64,000 bases of DNA. Source: Ophelia neglecta (lineage: Eukaryota). How positions within the stretch are numbered: position 1 is the first letter of the stretch; every line of letters begins with the position of its first letter. Below are positions 50,730 to 64,000 of this stretch, one piece after another. Where the stretch lies: contig OZ260664.1 of assembly GCA_965285935.1 (NCBI GenBank), positions 92,132,001-92,196,000 on the forward strand, given 5' to 3'. The notes under the pieces are model-generated. The model was not told the DNA's origin and did no database searches. It worked only from the letters and a program-made list of their open reading frames with translations. Position numbers and translations under genes: made by a program.

Positions 50730-50750
50730 TTATATATATATATATATATA
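50730..50750 (+). repeat. (TA)n microsatellite abutting the truncated MITE A copy
   Basis: Direct observation. Confidence 0.85.
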
Positions 50751-50755
50751 CACAC

Positions 50756-50892
50756 GAAGCAAATAAAACGATAGTAGGGCTAGGGCTGAGGTTAAGATTT
50801 AGGGCTAGGGAAAGGACATGTTTATATAGGTCTTGTTTTGTGTACTTATCTCGGGATTCACCTCCGCAAGGCTCCGAGCCTCCGCTTTCAAT
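50756..50892 (+). mobile_element. MITE family A, 3' half (truncated copy)
   Basis: GAAGCAAATAA...TTTAGGGCTAGGGAAAGG...ATAGGTCT...TCGGGATTCACCTCCGCAAGGCTCCGAGCCTCCGCTTT aligns with 5890-6033. Confidence 0.75.
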
Positions 50893-52798
50893 GGGAGCGG
50901 CATACATGGAGGCCAGCACAAGAATATGCATATCTAGAAGGAGACGGAGGTCAAGAATGCGTCCGGCAAGAGAGTCAGAATGTTGGGCATATGTCAACAA
51001 CGCGAAGTCCAGGCTGGCTCTACTCTCTGATATGTGGTATACAATATGTCAGGGAAATTGTACGAGTAACATTAGACTCTTTGGTAAAATTGATCCGAGG
51101 GGCGAGGAAAATTGTATCAAAGAGTCTACTGTTACCAGTTATATTCTCCGACTTAAACTCGATTCTTGCTCTTGAATAACAATAGAATAAGTAGTGAATG
51201 CATGTAACAATATCAGTAGAATAAGTTGACAACGGTCCTGAAATGGCTCTGAGCATACTGTACAAGTATATTGTTTTAAAACAGCATATTTTTTGGGGGA
51301 ATGACCTACTATTGCGTTCTCCAACAGTAGGTTCTTCGAACTTCGAATGGAGTATGTTCTCTATAATGTCTTACACAATAATTAAGTATAACAGAAAATG
51401 CGTAACCTAGTAAAGGTAAATATTAATTAATAAAGCAGCTTTAATTTAGAAAACAGTGGAGAAGTCCCTGGGTTGTTAGGATTCGTAGTCTTCTTTCCTG
51501 GTGTTTCGCAAATGACCGGTGCACAGTTTTACAGGCCGAAACCGATACCTCAATACAATATGTAACGTATGGGTATACAAAACAGCTATATAAAGTTACT
51601 AATGTAAAAGTATTAGACACACGACGAGCCCTACTCAGTACTCTATACCCTTAGAATTTACCCTTTATATAAATAACATGTATATTCTATGACAATTTGT
51701 TATCAATTAAAGAAAAACACTCACAAATGTAAGGCTGTCCACTTGATGAATTTGACCCCATTAATGATATTATGACATGCTGGCGGAGGACATTGTCATT
51801 TTTGATAAAATATATCATACAATGGGTCTTCTTGACATTAAACGATAAAGTCTTAGTATCTTACCAATGAACAGTCTTTTTGTAACGCACGATTGATTAT
51901 GTTGACCATATAAACAACAATTGTTCACAGTTATGCCAACATTTATGTCATCTGCAAATAATATAGGGTACATAACCTAAACCCAAACTAATATTAAAAA
52001 CAAAAGGTCATATTTTTTTAATAAATAATCATAATTGATCATAAATAAATCGTTCTCAAATTTAGAAAAACGGGGCAACAATAACACGGGTCGATAATTA
52101 CAAACAAGTGAAGCAACACCGCCCTTGTTTAATGGGGTTAAGCTTGCTAATGTTTAATTCTGAGGGAAATACGCCCTGTCTCAGACATATAATTTAGTAC
52201 GTACAACCCTTTTTTTAAATAAGACTTATAGGTAGATTGAACAACCTTTGCCCTTTGCATGGGTTCAATCCCAACTAGGGCTCTTCGCTTTAGGACAAAT
52301 ACTATTTTTTTGCGCAGCAATGTAACTACGATCTACTTTCAGAACGGATCGGGGGAGGTTGGGGGTAGCAAGATCTTTCTCTTATACTGGAAAAAGATAT
52401 TTTTTGGGCCTGGTTTTATAAAAATGAATAAGAATTGTGATAAAAACTATGTTCAATATTTATAGATTCTTCTTTTATAACTGAACCTAGAACTCCGTTT
52501 TAGAAATTGATGCTGGCATGATAAGTCAATCGGCAAGCTATTATTTAGGTTGGCATATGTTTTTAGTCTTTAAAATACGCCTAAATAAAAGTATTGGTGC
52601 TGCTGGAGTGTTAGGCAAGATTATTTCAATGATATCTAAGACGTCCTTGAACAGTTTTACAATAACCCCGCATTGCACGGATTAATCGAAACTACAACGT
52701 TAGTTTTGTTCACTTCAAAGGCGGGCCACAGTTTTGCGGTTTGTCTAGATCCTTTGAACTTTCCGCATGTAACGTTGGCTTTTTCGCCTTCCTGATTG

Positions 52799-55700
52799 GC
52801 TAAAAAAAAGAGGGAAATCGGACCAGTCAAACCACGGCTTCTCAGCGTCGTTGCAGCGGGTTTATCTGTATAATTATCCCGAAGCACAAGGCCTAAGCGC
52901 ATTGAACAGTAGAAAATCTGGACTCTCCTCGCATAACTATTCTATAATCATATAATTACATCATATCTTACTAAAAACAATAGTTCTACTTATAAACACA
53001 TGTATACTGATAACTTGTTTGAACCTGTACCCTCCAATCTATGTTAGATCACTGTATCCATGACGAATGTAATTTAACATGCGCGGCTTTCTTCAGTAAA
53101 TCAGGACGGCGCTTGCGGTTAAAGTACTGCCTTCGGTATTATATTCTAGTGCGGAGTATAGGCTGCTAATCTTGTCATTTTAATTCTCAAAAAGTCCAGC
53201 TTTTTCATCTCCTCATTCATTTAGAAATACTGAGGTTACTTTAATTACGCTTTATTTAACTATGAGGCTTTTGCGTTGATGTTTCTAACGGGTCGATATA
53301 CCAGTCTTATAATATTAACGACCGATCCCAGCAGGGCCTGTCAGTGTTTGAAAAGCACAAACCGAACATTAAAATGCCTCCTCCCTGAGATTGCAGCCGG
53401 TAGCTATATAATTATACGTAGGCCATCAAATATGTCAAATATATGTTTAGAAATTATTTGGTGGCCTATACTTCAAAGAAGATAGATCTAGTAACTCCTC
53501 GATCGTTTTAATGGTCATGGCTTAGGTTGGTTCCGATTGGCCGAAACACCTATCCGACACAGTCAAGAAAAATCAAGAATCGAATATTTTCTTCTTTTTC
53601 AAAATCATTTATTATTATTACTAACATAAAGGCTTTGATGGTTGCGAAGGAAAAAGTTGCAAAATTAAGCCACTACACTGCTAGTGGGCGCTGCAGGCGT
53701 AAGCAGTTGTTTAATTTGTGCGATGACCTCATTTTGCGAAAATCCGAGACGCAAAACGGATATCCTAGACCAACGTCACAAACGGCTAGTCAAAGGATTT
53801 GAACAAAGCGCAGAGATGTTGCCCGCCTGTGAAGTGAACAAAGCAAATCCCGACTGTTACAACTCAAGTAAAATGGGTTCTATTGTCGGAATTGGCCATA
53901 ATGCCAGTTTGAGACTCAAATTTCGTGCCAATACGTGCGACGGAAACATACGTGGTTAAGTGTCCAAATGATCACTAAATCAAGACATATTCTTTCGTGT
54001 TTAAGGTGCCATCTATGAATTATTTTCTTCCTTACATGATGAGATAATGTACCTGATGTTTCATTGACCCTATGGAAGTATTTAACGTTTTGACTTGTCC
54101 ATGTTTACATGTTAAGCTCGGGTCGTCCCAATAAGGTCAGGTAAGCTCAACCGAGACAGCATGCTGGCGAATCTAATATCAAACCGACGCGCAAAAACCC
54201 ATACCCGATTGAATCGAAAAAGGATAAATATTCTAACTAGATGGTTTCTCCTGTGATTTACTACATACATCATATATTAAACATGCATGGATCTACACAT
54301 CTGCTGCATACGGGCGCGAAAAAATAATGTACTGCCTATGCAATTATGCAGTAAACAAAACTCCCCCCTATTAGGTTATGCATGTAGCTGTTTGCAAACA
54401 TGTGGAAAAAATCATATCTGCTTAATCATTGTCTGACAAGCGGAACAATATATTGCTGTCAGTGATATGCTTAAAGATAAATTGGTCGTGTCAGAAAATC
54501 GATATTGGGAAGGTATGAAAGTAAGCAGGATGCAACACATGTTTCACTAAAATAGACCACCATGAAGAAGATCGATGAAAGTACTTTAAAATTTGACAAA
54601 AGCAGCCTATTTTGAAACTCGTCCAACTACAAATGAAACAAGCAATTTAACATTGTCATTACTATATATTGTCAACCGAGATCAAACGGAAGGGTGCAAA
54701 TGGCAGACTAATGGCAATGTTCACTATCAACATGTATTTATGGATAAATCAAAAAAGAGATGAGGTATTTGATAGCACAAACAAATTTGATATTAATGCA
54801 CTTTATTCGTCGTTTTACTCTGATTTACTCTGATTCAATTTGCCACCAAACCAGGGGACCAAATTCAATGTTACAATCAATACCACATATCTCTCTACAT
54901 AGCTCAGGTCATCACATTTCCTGATAAAATTGTTTTTATTTAATTCAAGGTTGTTCATCATTTTGTGAATGAATAAACATGCCACCCATCTTTGCCGAAC
55001 AAGACATCTTGTGACAATTACAGCATATATATTAACATGCGTCCGCATATTACTATGACATAAGCGCCGTATGTTGAAAGGTCTGCTGTGAATTTTTATA
55101 TTTTGTAAAAAAAATACCCAGCGATTCCAAGGGAGAAAATATGTAACTTCAGCTTAAACTGCCCCCCCCCCCCCCACACACACAAACACAAACCCACTTT
55201 TCACTAATCACTCATCAACGTCGGAAGTGTTCGAAGCATCGACGTATTTTTTCCCTCACATACTTGGAATATGAGTGCAATGTATTCGTATTACAGCTTA
55301 ATCATTATTGATAGTTTGCCTTAACAATGGGTAAGTAAGTAAAGACTTTCAAGCATTATGGGCCGTCCGGACGTTATAGTTTTCATAAGTGGATCGCATG
55401 GTATAACCTCATGTCCCTTTATATTTTTTTTAGCCCAGGGGGATTTTATTTCCTTGTCTGAATCGGACTCTAATAATTGATTAAGACGTATTATGAATAA
55501 CAATCGTGTCTTGACGTTGGATAAGCTCAGAGAGACACATCCATACTTGTTTATAGCAGGGAATGTGCGTGTGGTTTATGTTTTCTAGTCGAGGGAGGGG
55601 GGGGGGGGGGAGGGGTTCGACGAGCCGTTCATTTCCTGGCACGATTTCTAAGTGGTTTGGATAATTAAACAGAAACAAATTAAAGCCGAAGGATAAGAGA

Positions 55701-58700
55701 ATCGAAATAGTACACTCAATAAGGTATGAAATATACTGACTTTCGTGGCATAAGGCCAATCAAGCACGACTGTGTATCACATGTTTTGCGTACAACCAAT
55801 CTCAAATCACTGAGGTATAAAGGGTAGACCAAAAAGGCAAGGGGGAGGTTCTGACACATATCCATTTTTTAGACCAGAGACCTTATCAAGGGTCTGGAAA
55901 TGGTACCTCCTACCTCAATAGCTCTTGGGATTTGTTCCCATCCTACAAAGATCGGAGAATCATGTCCCCTCCCTTCCCCTCGCCGCCTTTCGAGAGTCCA
56001 GGATTTGGCTGCGCAAGGGATGCAATACACTAGTAAATAGTAAATATTTTTTCGAGACTATTTATGAGATTATTGGTGCAAATATCGCCCATTATATTAA
56101 CATAATACAGTGATATGACGCGGGTATTGTTTGTTATTGTGCTTTAATATTCCTTAACATTTTACTCGCTTAACGAAAGTAGTATTTTGACATAAGCTGA
56201 TAAAAGTGTAGTGTGGGAGCTAATTTACTCTAATGCCTGGCTTGAACATGTCATGATTGGTGAAATCAATGTGTCATTATAAAACAGCCCAATGTCCAAT
56301 AATCTTTGTGTATACTTTACTCAGCCCCATGGTTCCATCATTATACCCATGCTATTTTTCATTTATATTATCAGCCAGCAAATACGCCCTGCTCACTACG
56401 TCCTATATTTTCGCACTAGTTTTTATTAGTATGCTAATTGCAAACAAATTTATCTAAACTGATCAGTTTTATTATTTGAAACTTGACAATATCAAAACCA
56501 GCCCCTAACCCCGTTTCTCGTTGCTTTTAGCACATTATCTATAGATTTCGGTAGGTTGTACAGTCAAATGATGTCTGAAACTTCGTGCCAGGAACGTTGA
56601 GCCCACGTCTAGATTCAGGATTCATGGTGAAAACTTCGATGATTTTTCGCGATCTTTATCCATTAATGAGTTTTGGTTTGGCGCCTATGTGGTTTGGCGT
56701 GATGCAAAATATCCAGGCGGCAACGGCAAAGCTTGTTGCCGAAGGCTTTCCGCAAATCCGGCTTTACCTGCTGTCTGTTCAAAAAATAAAATTTCGCGGG
56801 CACTACACAATTAGAAGCATTATGACCATATAGTTATAAAAATGTTCAGCTTTTGGTATTTCAACCCCGTTCTACTGCAGCTCATTAACAAAACCTTCAA
56901 GCGCTTCAAGATGGCGATTGAGGTACATTCAGTTGGCTGTAGCTCTAGAAGATTCGGCGGATAATCTTGCATTTTGGGAATGTTTGGGTTGACTAATTTT
57001 AAATGCTAATGTAATTGTCAATTGAGTAACCGACAATGACGGTCTGTTTCCAAGTCAGACGGTAATGATTATATCCAGTATAATCGGCTAGGAAGTTCAT
57101 ATTTACAGACCAATATGAAGTTAAATCCTGGATATTGCATTGAATATTGTTTTGTAATCTCGAGCCCAAAGACCGTGTATTTCCTTAATTAAAAGAAAAA
57201 CAACCTTACTGTCATACACTGTCTATCAGTAACAATAACAGACGCAGGCCTAGTAACACGAGCGGCCTCCTCAGCATATCGTAGGCCGGATTCCTGCGAT
57301 TAATTATGTGCTTGTCTCATTTGGTTTTCTACAAGATGACCATTTACATAAAGTTTACCTTTTTTGCAAGCGTTGCAATATATTCCATTGTGTCGTTTTG
57401 GGTGGTTATTTACTGTTTTATGTCTAATGCGCGGGCGTTTTTGGTTTCAATATTAAAGAAGACACGTGCAGCAAGAGGAAATGTTAGAAAACTATGACGT
57501 ACAGAGGTTTGAAATGATCGGCCATGAACTATTAGGTTCAAAAAGTTCAGAGAACTAATGCATGGTTTATCAACGAACGTGATATTCTGAATTTTACACG
57601 CGTTTGGATAACTGAGATTACCCCTACCTTATCAGGTATCCAGTTGCTGGTGTAAACATGTTAATAGCAAACCATGCCAGGAGTTAAATGCTGTGAAATT
57701 GGTCTGCTTACTAGTTTTGAACAACCGATTTTCAGAATACAATTGTCAGGCCTAAATTGTTATTGGAACTAATATGAAAGACAAATATTGTGAACCTTTA
57801 TTTATAGTCATAATTTTGACCGAATACTAAATATTCAAGCAACATAACAATTGTGGAATTGATAGCTTAGGAGTACTTTATTTAAACACCTAAAACATTA
57901 TTAAGTTAGATGGCATGTCTTCTTACTAGCAACTTTCGTGCGCTCAATAGCATTATTCAGAGCAAAATACAGCAAGCGTGGAAGATAATAAACCGGATAT
58001 TGTGGAACCCTAGTTCAAAGGCAGTGTAGCAACGAAGAAATCGATAGGTGGAATTGATAAGTGGACCAACGAACATTGGTCTCCCAACTGGCACAATTAG
58101 TGTGGGACTCAATTGGTGATTTAATTTCCGGCAAATTTCCGTCTTGTCACTTGGCGTCGCCTCCTGAAAACAGAAAGGAAGTGTCAACAGCTTAATATAG
58201 TATCGCCCTCAAAAAAAAATTATAATAATTAAGGTATGGAGATTGTCTTTTCAAGCATACTGATATGATATTGAATATGTCAACCTACATGAAGCGTTCT
58301 AAGCGGAGATGGTGCTGTTTCTGGAGAATAGATGGAATTATGTTTGCTGTGTCTCTTCATATACATTTATTCCAGTTGAAGTTTCGCTATTTCCCGGGCC
58401 TTTTTATTATTAGTATAAATAATATCACACAGAATTTCCATTTCCAGCTGTGCCTTCCATTTTTATTTCGCTGATGAAACTTCCATTATTAATTGGTCTT
58501 CATCAACAAATCTAGCATCCGCACAATTTTGTCTCGCAATTGTGATATTAATCAGTCATTGGTGTAACAAAGGGAATGCTATTTTTAATGTGCATAAAAT
58601 ACTGTGAATCATGTTTTGTATGAAGTGCAAGCCTAATTGCTTTTACCTTGAAGTCTGCAATTCAATGCGAGCCGTCTTAAACGTCTATCCCCTCCCTAAA

Positions 58701-58843
58701 TGATGCTGATAAACTCAACCGCAAGATAGCGAAGCTTTTAAACTTAGTTTATAGTAATTTCTTGAATATATATTTTTCTAACTGTGGAAATATAAGTCTG
58801 TACCACCTCTGCATCCTCATACCTCTCGCAGTTTGTCTAGCAA
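52799..58843 (+). repeat. Tandem duplication unit 1 (6045 bp)
   Basis: 52799-57957 is repeated at 58844-64000; the ORF track repeats at offsets of 6045, 6046 and 6043. Confidence 0.97.
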
Positions 58844-61800
58844 GCTAAAAAAAAGAGGGAAATCGGACCAGTCAAACCACGGCTTCTCAGCGTCGTTGCA
58901 GCGGGTTTATCTGTATAATTATCCCGAAGCACAAGGCCTAAGCGCATTGAACAGTAGAAAATCTGGACTCTCCTCGCATAACTATTCTATAATCATATAA
59001 TTACATCATATCTTACTAAAAACAATAGTTCTACTTATAAACACATGTATACTGATAACTTGTTTGAACCTGTACCCTCCAATCTATGTTAGATCACTGT
59101 ATCCATGACGAATGTAATTTAACATGCGCGGCTTTCTTCAGTAAATCAGGACGGCGCTTGCGGTTAAAGTACTGCCTTCGGTATTATATTCTAGTGCGGA
59201 GTATAGGCTGCTAATCTTGTCATTTTAATTCTCAAAAAGTCCAGCTTTTTCATCTCCTCATTCATTTAGAAATACTGAGGTTACTTTAATTACGCTTTAT
59301 TTAACTATGAGGCTTTTGCGTTGATGTTTCTAACGGGTCGATATACCAGTCTTATAATATTAACGACCGATCCCAGCAGGGCCTGTCAGTGTTTGAAAAG
59401 CACAAACCGAACATTAAAATGCCTCCTCCCTGAGATTGCAGCCGGTAGCTATATAATTATACGTAGGCCATCAAATATGTCAAATATATGATTAGAAATT
59501 ATTTGGTGGCCTATACTTCAAAGAAGATAGATCTAGTAACTCCTCGATCGTTTTAATGGTCATGGCTTAGGTTGGTTCCGATTGGCCGAAACACCTATCC
59601 GACACAGTCAAGAAAAATCAAGAATCGAATATTTTCTTCTTTTTCAAAATCATTTATTATTATTACTAATATAAAGGCTTTGATGGTTGCGAAGGAAAAA
59701 GTTGCAAAATTAAGCCACTACACTGCTAGTGGGCGCTGCAGGCGTAAGCAGTTGTTTAATTTGTGCGATGACCTCATTTTGCGAAAATCCGAGACGCAAA
59801 ACGGATATCCTAGACCAACGTCACAAACGGCTAGTCAAAGGATTTGAACAAAGCGCAGAGATGTTGCCCGCCTGTGAAGTGAACAAAGCAAATCCCGACT
59901 GTTACAACTCAAGTAAAATGGGTTCTATTGTCGGAATTGGCCATAATGCCAGTTTGAGACTCAAATTTCGTGCCAATACGTGCGACGGAAACATACGTGG
60001 TTAAGTGTCCAAATGATCACTAAATCAAGACATATTCTTTCGTGTTTAAGGTGCCATCTATGAATTATTTTCTTCCTTACATGATGAGATAATGTACCTG
60101 ATGTTTCATTGACCCTATGGAAGTATTTAACGTTTTGACTTGTCCATGTTTACATGTTAAGCTCGGGTCGTCCCAATAAGGTCAGGTAAGCTCAACCGAG
60201 ACAGCATGCTGGCGAATCTAATATCAAACCGACGCGCAAAAACCCATACCCGATTGAATCGAAAAAGGATAAATATTCTAACTAGATGGTTTCTCCTGTG
60301 ATTTACTACATACATCATATATTAAACATGCATGGATCTACACATCTGCTGCATACGGGCGCGAAAAAATAATGTACTGCCTATGCAATTATGCAGTAAA
60401 CAAAACTCCCCCCTATTAGGTTATGCATGTAGCTGTTTGCAAACATGTGGAAAAAATCATATCTGCTTAATCATTGTCTGACAAGCGGAACAATATATTG
60501 CTGTCAGTGATATGCTTAAAGATAAATTGGTCGTGTCAGAAAATCGATATTGGGAAGGTATGAAAGTAAGCAGGATGCAACACATGTTTCACTAAAATAG
60601 ACCACCATGAAGAAGATCGATGAAAGTACTTTAAAATTTGACAAAAGCAGCCTATTTTGAAACTCGTCCAACTACAAATGAAACAAGCAATTTAACATTG
60701 TCATTACTATATATTGTCAACCGAGATCAAACGGAAGGGTGCAAATGGCAGACTAATGGCAATGTTCACTATCAACATGTATTTATGGATAAATCAAAAA
60801 AGAGATGAGGTATTTGATAGCACAAACAAATTTGATATTAATGCACTTTATTCGTCGTTTTACTCTGATTTACTCTGATTCAATTTGCCACCAAACCAGG
60901 GGACCAAATTCAATGTTACAATCAATACCACATATCTCTCTACATAGCTCAGGTCATCACATTTCCTGATAAAATTGTTTTTATTTAATTCAAGGTTGTT
61001 CATCATTTTGTGAATGAATAAACATGCCACCCATCTTTGCCGAACAAGACATCTTGTGACAATTACAGCATATATATTAACATGCGTCCGCATATTACTA
61101 TGACATAAGCGCCGTATGTTGAAAGGTCTGCTGTGAATTTTTATATTTTGTAAAAAAAATACCCAGCGATTCCAAGGGAGAAAATATGTAACTTCAGCTT
61201 AAACTGCCCCCCCCCCCCCCCACACACACAAACACAAACCCACTTTTCACTAATCACTCATCAACGTCGGAAGTGTTCGAAGCATCGACGTATTTTTTCC
61301 CTCACATACTTGGAATATGAGTGCAATGTATTCGTATTACAGCTTAATCATTATTGATAGTTTGCCTTAACAATGGGTAAGTAAGTAAAGACTTTCAAGC
61401 ATTATGGGCCGTCCGGACGTTATAGTTTTCATAAGTGGATCGCATGGTATAACCTCATGTCCCTTTATATTTTTTTTAGCCCAGGGGGATTTTATTTCCT
61501 TGTCTGAATCGGACTCTAATAATTGATTAAGACGTATTATGAATAACAATCGTGTCTTGACGTTGGATAAGCTCAGAGAGACACATCCATACTTGTTTAT
61601 AGCAGGGAATGTGCGTGTGGTTTATGTTTTCTAGTCGAGGGAGGGGGGGGGGGAGGGGTTCGACGAGCCGTTCATTTCCTGGCACGATTTCTAAGTGGTT
61701 TGGATAATTAAACAGAAACAAATTAAAGCCGAAGGATAAGAGAATCGAAATAGTACACTCAATAAGGTATGAAATATACTGACTTTCGTGGCATAAGGCC

Positions 61801-64000
61801 AATCAAGCACGACTGTGTATCACATGTTTTGCGTACAACCAATCTCAAATCACTGAGGTATAAAGGGTAGACCAAAAAGGCAAGGGGGAGGTTCTGACAC
61901 ATATCCATTTTTTAGACCAGAGACCTTATCAAGGGTCTGGAAATGGTACCTCCTACCTCAATAGCTCTTGGGATTTGTTCCCATCCTACAAAGATCGGAG
62001 AATCATGTCCCCTCCCTTCCCCTCGCCGCCTTTCGAGAGTCCAGGATTTGGCTGCGCAAGGGATGCAATACACTAGTAAATAGTAAATATTTTTTCGAGA
62101 CTATTTATGAGATTATTGGTGCAAATATCGCCCATTATATTAACATAATACAGTGATATGACGCGGGTATTGTTTGTTATTGTGCTTTAATATTCCTTAA
62201 CATTTTACTCGCTTAACGAAAGTAGTATTTTGACATAAGCTGATAAAAGTGTAGTGTGGGAGCTAATTTACTCTAATGCCTGGCTTGAACATGTCATGAT
62301 TGGTGAAATCAATGTGTCATTATAAAACAGCCCAATGTCCAATAATCTTTGTGTATACTTTACTCAGCCCCATGGTTCCATCATTATACCCATGCTATTT
62401 TTCATTTATATTATCAGCCAGCAAATACGCCCTGCTCACTACGTCCTATATTTTCGCACTAGTTTTTATTAGTATGCTAATTGCAAACAAATTTATCTAA
62501 ACTGATCAGTTTTATTATTTGAAACTTGACAATATCAAAACCAGCCCCTAACCCCGTTTCTCGTTGCTTTTAGCACATTATCTATAGATTTCGGTAGGTT
62601 GTACAGTCAAATGATGTCTGAAACTTCGTGCCAGGAACGTTGAGCCCACGTCTAGATTCAGGATTCATGGTGAAAACTTCGATGATTTTTCGCGATCTTT
62701 ATCCATTAATGAGTTTTGGTTTGGCGCCTATGTTGTTTGGCGTGATGCAAAATATCCAGGCGGCAACGGCAAAGCTTGTTGCCGAAGGCTTTCCGCAAAT
62801 CCGGCTTTACCTGCTGTCTGTTCAAAAAATAAAATTTCGCGGGCACTACACAATTAGAAGCATTATGACCATATAGTTATAAAAATGTTCAGCTTTTGGT
62901 ATTTCAACCCCGTTCTACTGCAGCTCATTAACAAAACCTTCAAGCGCTTCAAGATGGCGATTGAGGTACATTCAGTTGGCTGTAGCTCTAGAAGATTCGG
63001 CGGATAATCTTGCATTTTGGGAATGTTTGGGTTGACTAATTTTAAATGCTAATGTAATTGTCAATTGAGTAACCGACAATGACGGTCTGTTTCCAAGTCA
63101 GACGGTAATGATTATATCCAGTATAATCGGCTAGGAAGTTCATATTTACAGACCAATATGAAGTTAAATCCTGGATATTGCATTGAATATTGTTTTGTAA
63201 TCTCGAGCCCAAAGACCGTGTATTTCCTTAATTAAAAGAAAAACAACCTTACTGTCATACACTGTCTATCAGTAACAATAACAGACGCAGGCCTAGTAAC
63301 ACGAGCGGCCTCCTCAGCATATCGTAGGCCGGATTCCTGCGATTAATTATGTGCTTGTCTCATTTGGTTTTCTACAAGATGACCATTTACATAAAGTTTA
63401 CCTTTTTTGCAAGCGTTGCAATATATTCCATTGTGTCGTTTTGGGTGGTTATTTACTGTTTTATGTCTAATGCGCGGGCGTTTTTGGTTTCAATATTAAA
63501 GAAGACACGTGCAGCAAGAGGAAATGTTAGAAAACTATGACGTACAGAGGTTTGAAATGATCGGCCATGAACTATTAGGTTCAAAAAGTTCAGAGAACTA
63601 ATGCATGGTTTATCAACGAACGTGATATTCTGAATTTTACACGCGTTTGGATAACTGAGATTGCCCCTACCTTATCAGGTATCCAGTTGCTGGTGTAAAC
63701 ATGTTAATAGCAAACCATGCCAGGAGTTAAATGCTGTGAAATTGGTCTGCTTACTAGTTTTGAACAACCGATTTTCAGAATACAATTGTCAGGCCTAAAT
63801 TGTTATTGGAACTAATATGAAAGACAAATATTGTGAACCTTTATTTATAGTCATAATTTTGACCGAATACTAAATATTCAAGCAACATAACAATTGTGGA
63901 ATTGATAGCTTAGGAGTACTTTATTTAAACACCTAAAACATTATTAAGTTAGATGGCATGTCTTCTTACTAGCAACTTTCGTGCGCTCAATAGCATTATT
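58844..64000 (+). repeat. Tandem duplication unit 2 (runs off the window end)
   Basis: Near-identical to unit 1; by eye only ~4 substitutions and two homopolymer-length differences. Confidence 0.97.

Noticed and set aside
50692-51324. Cluster of 60-157 aa ORFs
   Set aside because: They span a (TA)n tract and a MITE fragment; spurious.
52255-52285. B-box-like GGTTCAATCCC
   Set aside because: No supporting tRNA or SINE structure visible.
53527-53959. Two overlapping 91-aa ORFs in the duplicated unit
   Set aside because: Non-ATG starts and no recognisable domain; their recurrence only reflects the duplication.
56664-56835. GPCR helix-8-like peptide on the minus strand (SNCVVPAKFYFLN...DLRKAFGNKLCRCR)
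   Set aside because: No NPxxY and no upstream TM segments; likely chance.
52799-58843. Repeat unit as an snRNA/5S/histone array or a Helitron tandem array
   Set aside because: No U1/U2/U6/5S or histone signature by eye; the junction is not CTRR|TC and has no clear terminal hairpin.

Overview
AT-rich, intron-containing eukaryotic DNA. The repeat landscape suggests a marine invertebrate, probably a lophotrochozoan (inference only). The one clearly intact protein gene is a 4-exon, + strand rhodopsin-class neuropeptide GPCR of the neuromedin-U/PRXamide (pyrokinin/CAPA) receptor family: CDS join(4794..5106,20990..21517,26260..26391,26662..27296), 535 aa, three phase-1 GT-AG introns of 15.9 kb, 4.7 kb and 270 bp. 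It has a strong-context uORF, candidate non-coding 5' exons and a long C-tail ending in a PDZ-type motif. The rest is non-coding or decayed: several MITE families (two with telomere-like cores and 8-9 bp TSDs), a tRNA-derived SINE, a Helentron/HINE-like element with ~141-bp internal repeats, a DIRS-type RNaseH/methyltransferase remnant and an L2/CR1-type LINE remnant. Between ~29.8 and 45 kb lie two divergently oriented chains of exon-like segments with stop codons, one with SAP-like and C2H2-like motifs. The window ends in a near-identical head-to-tail ~6.04-kb tandem duplication (52799-58843, then 58844 to the window end). All translations and alignments were done by eye; no database search was possible.
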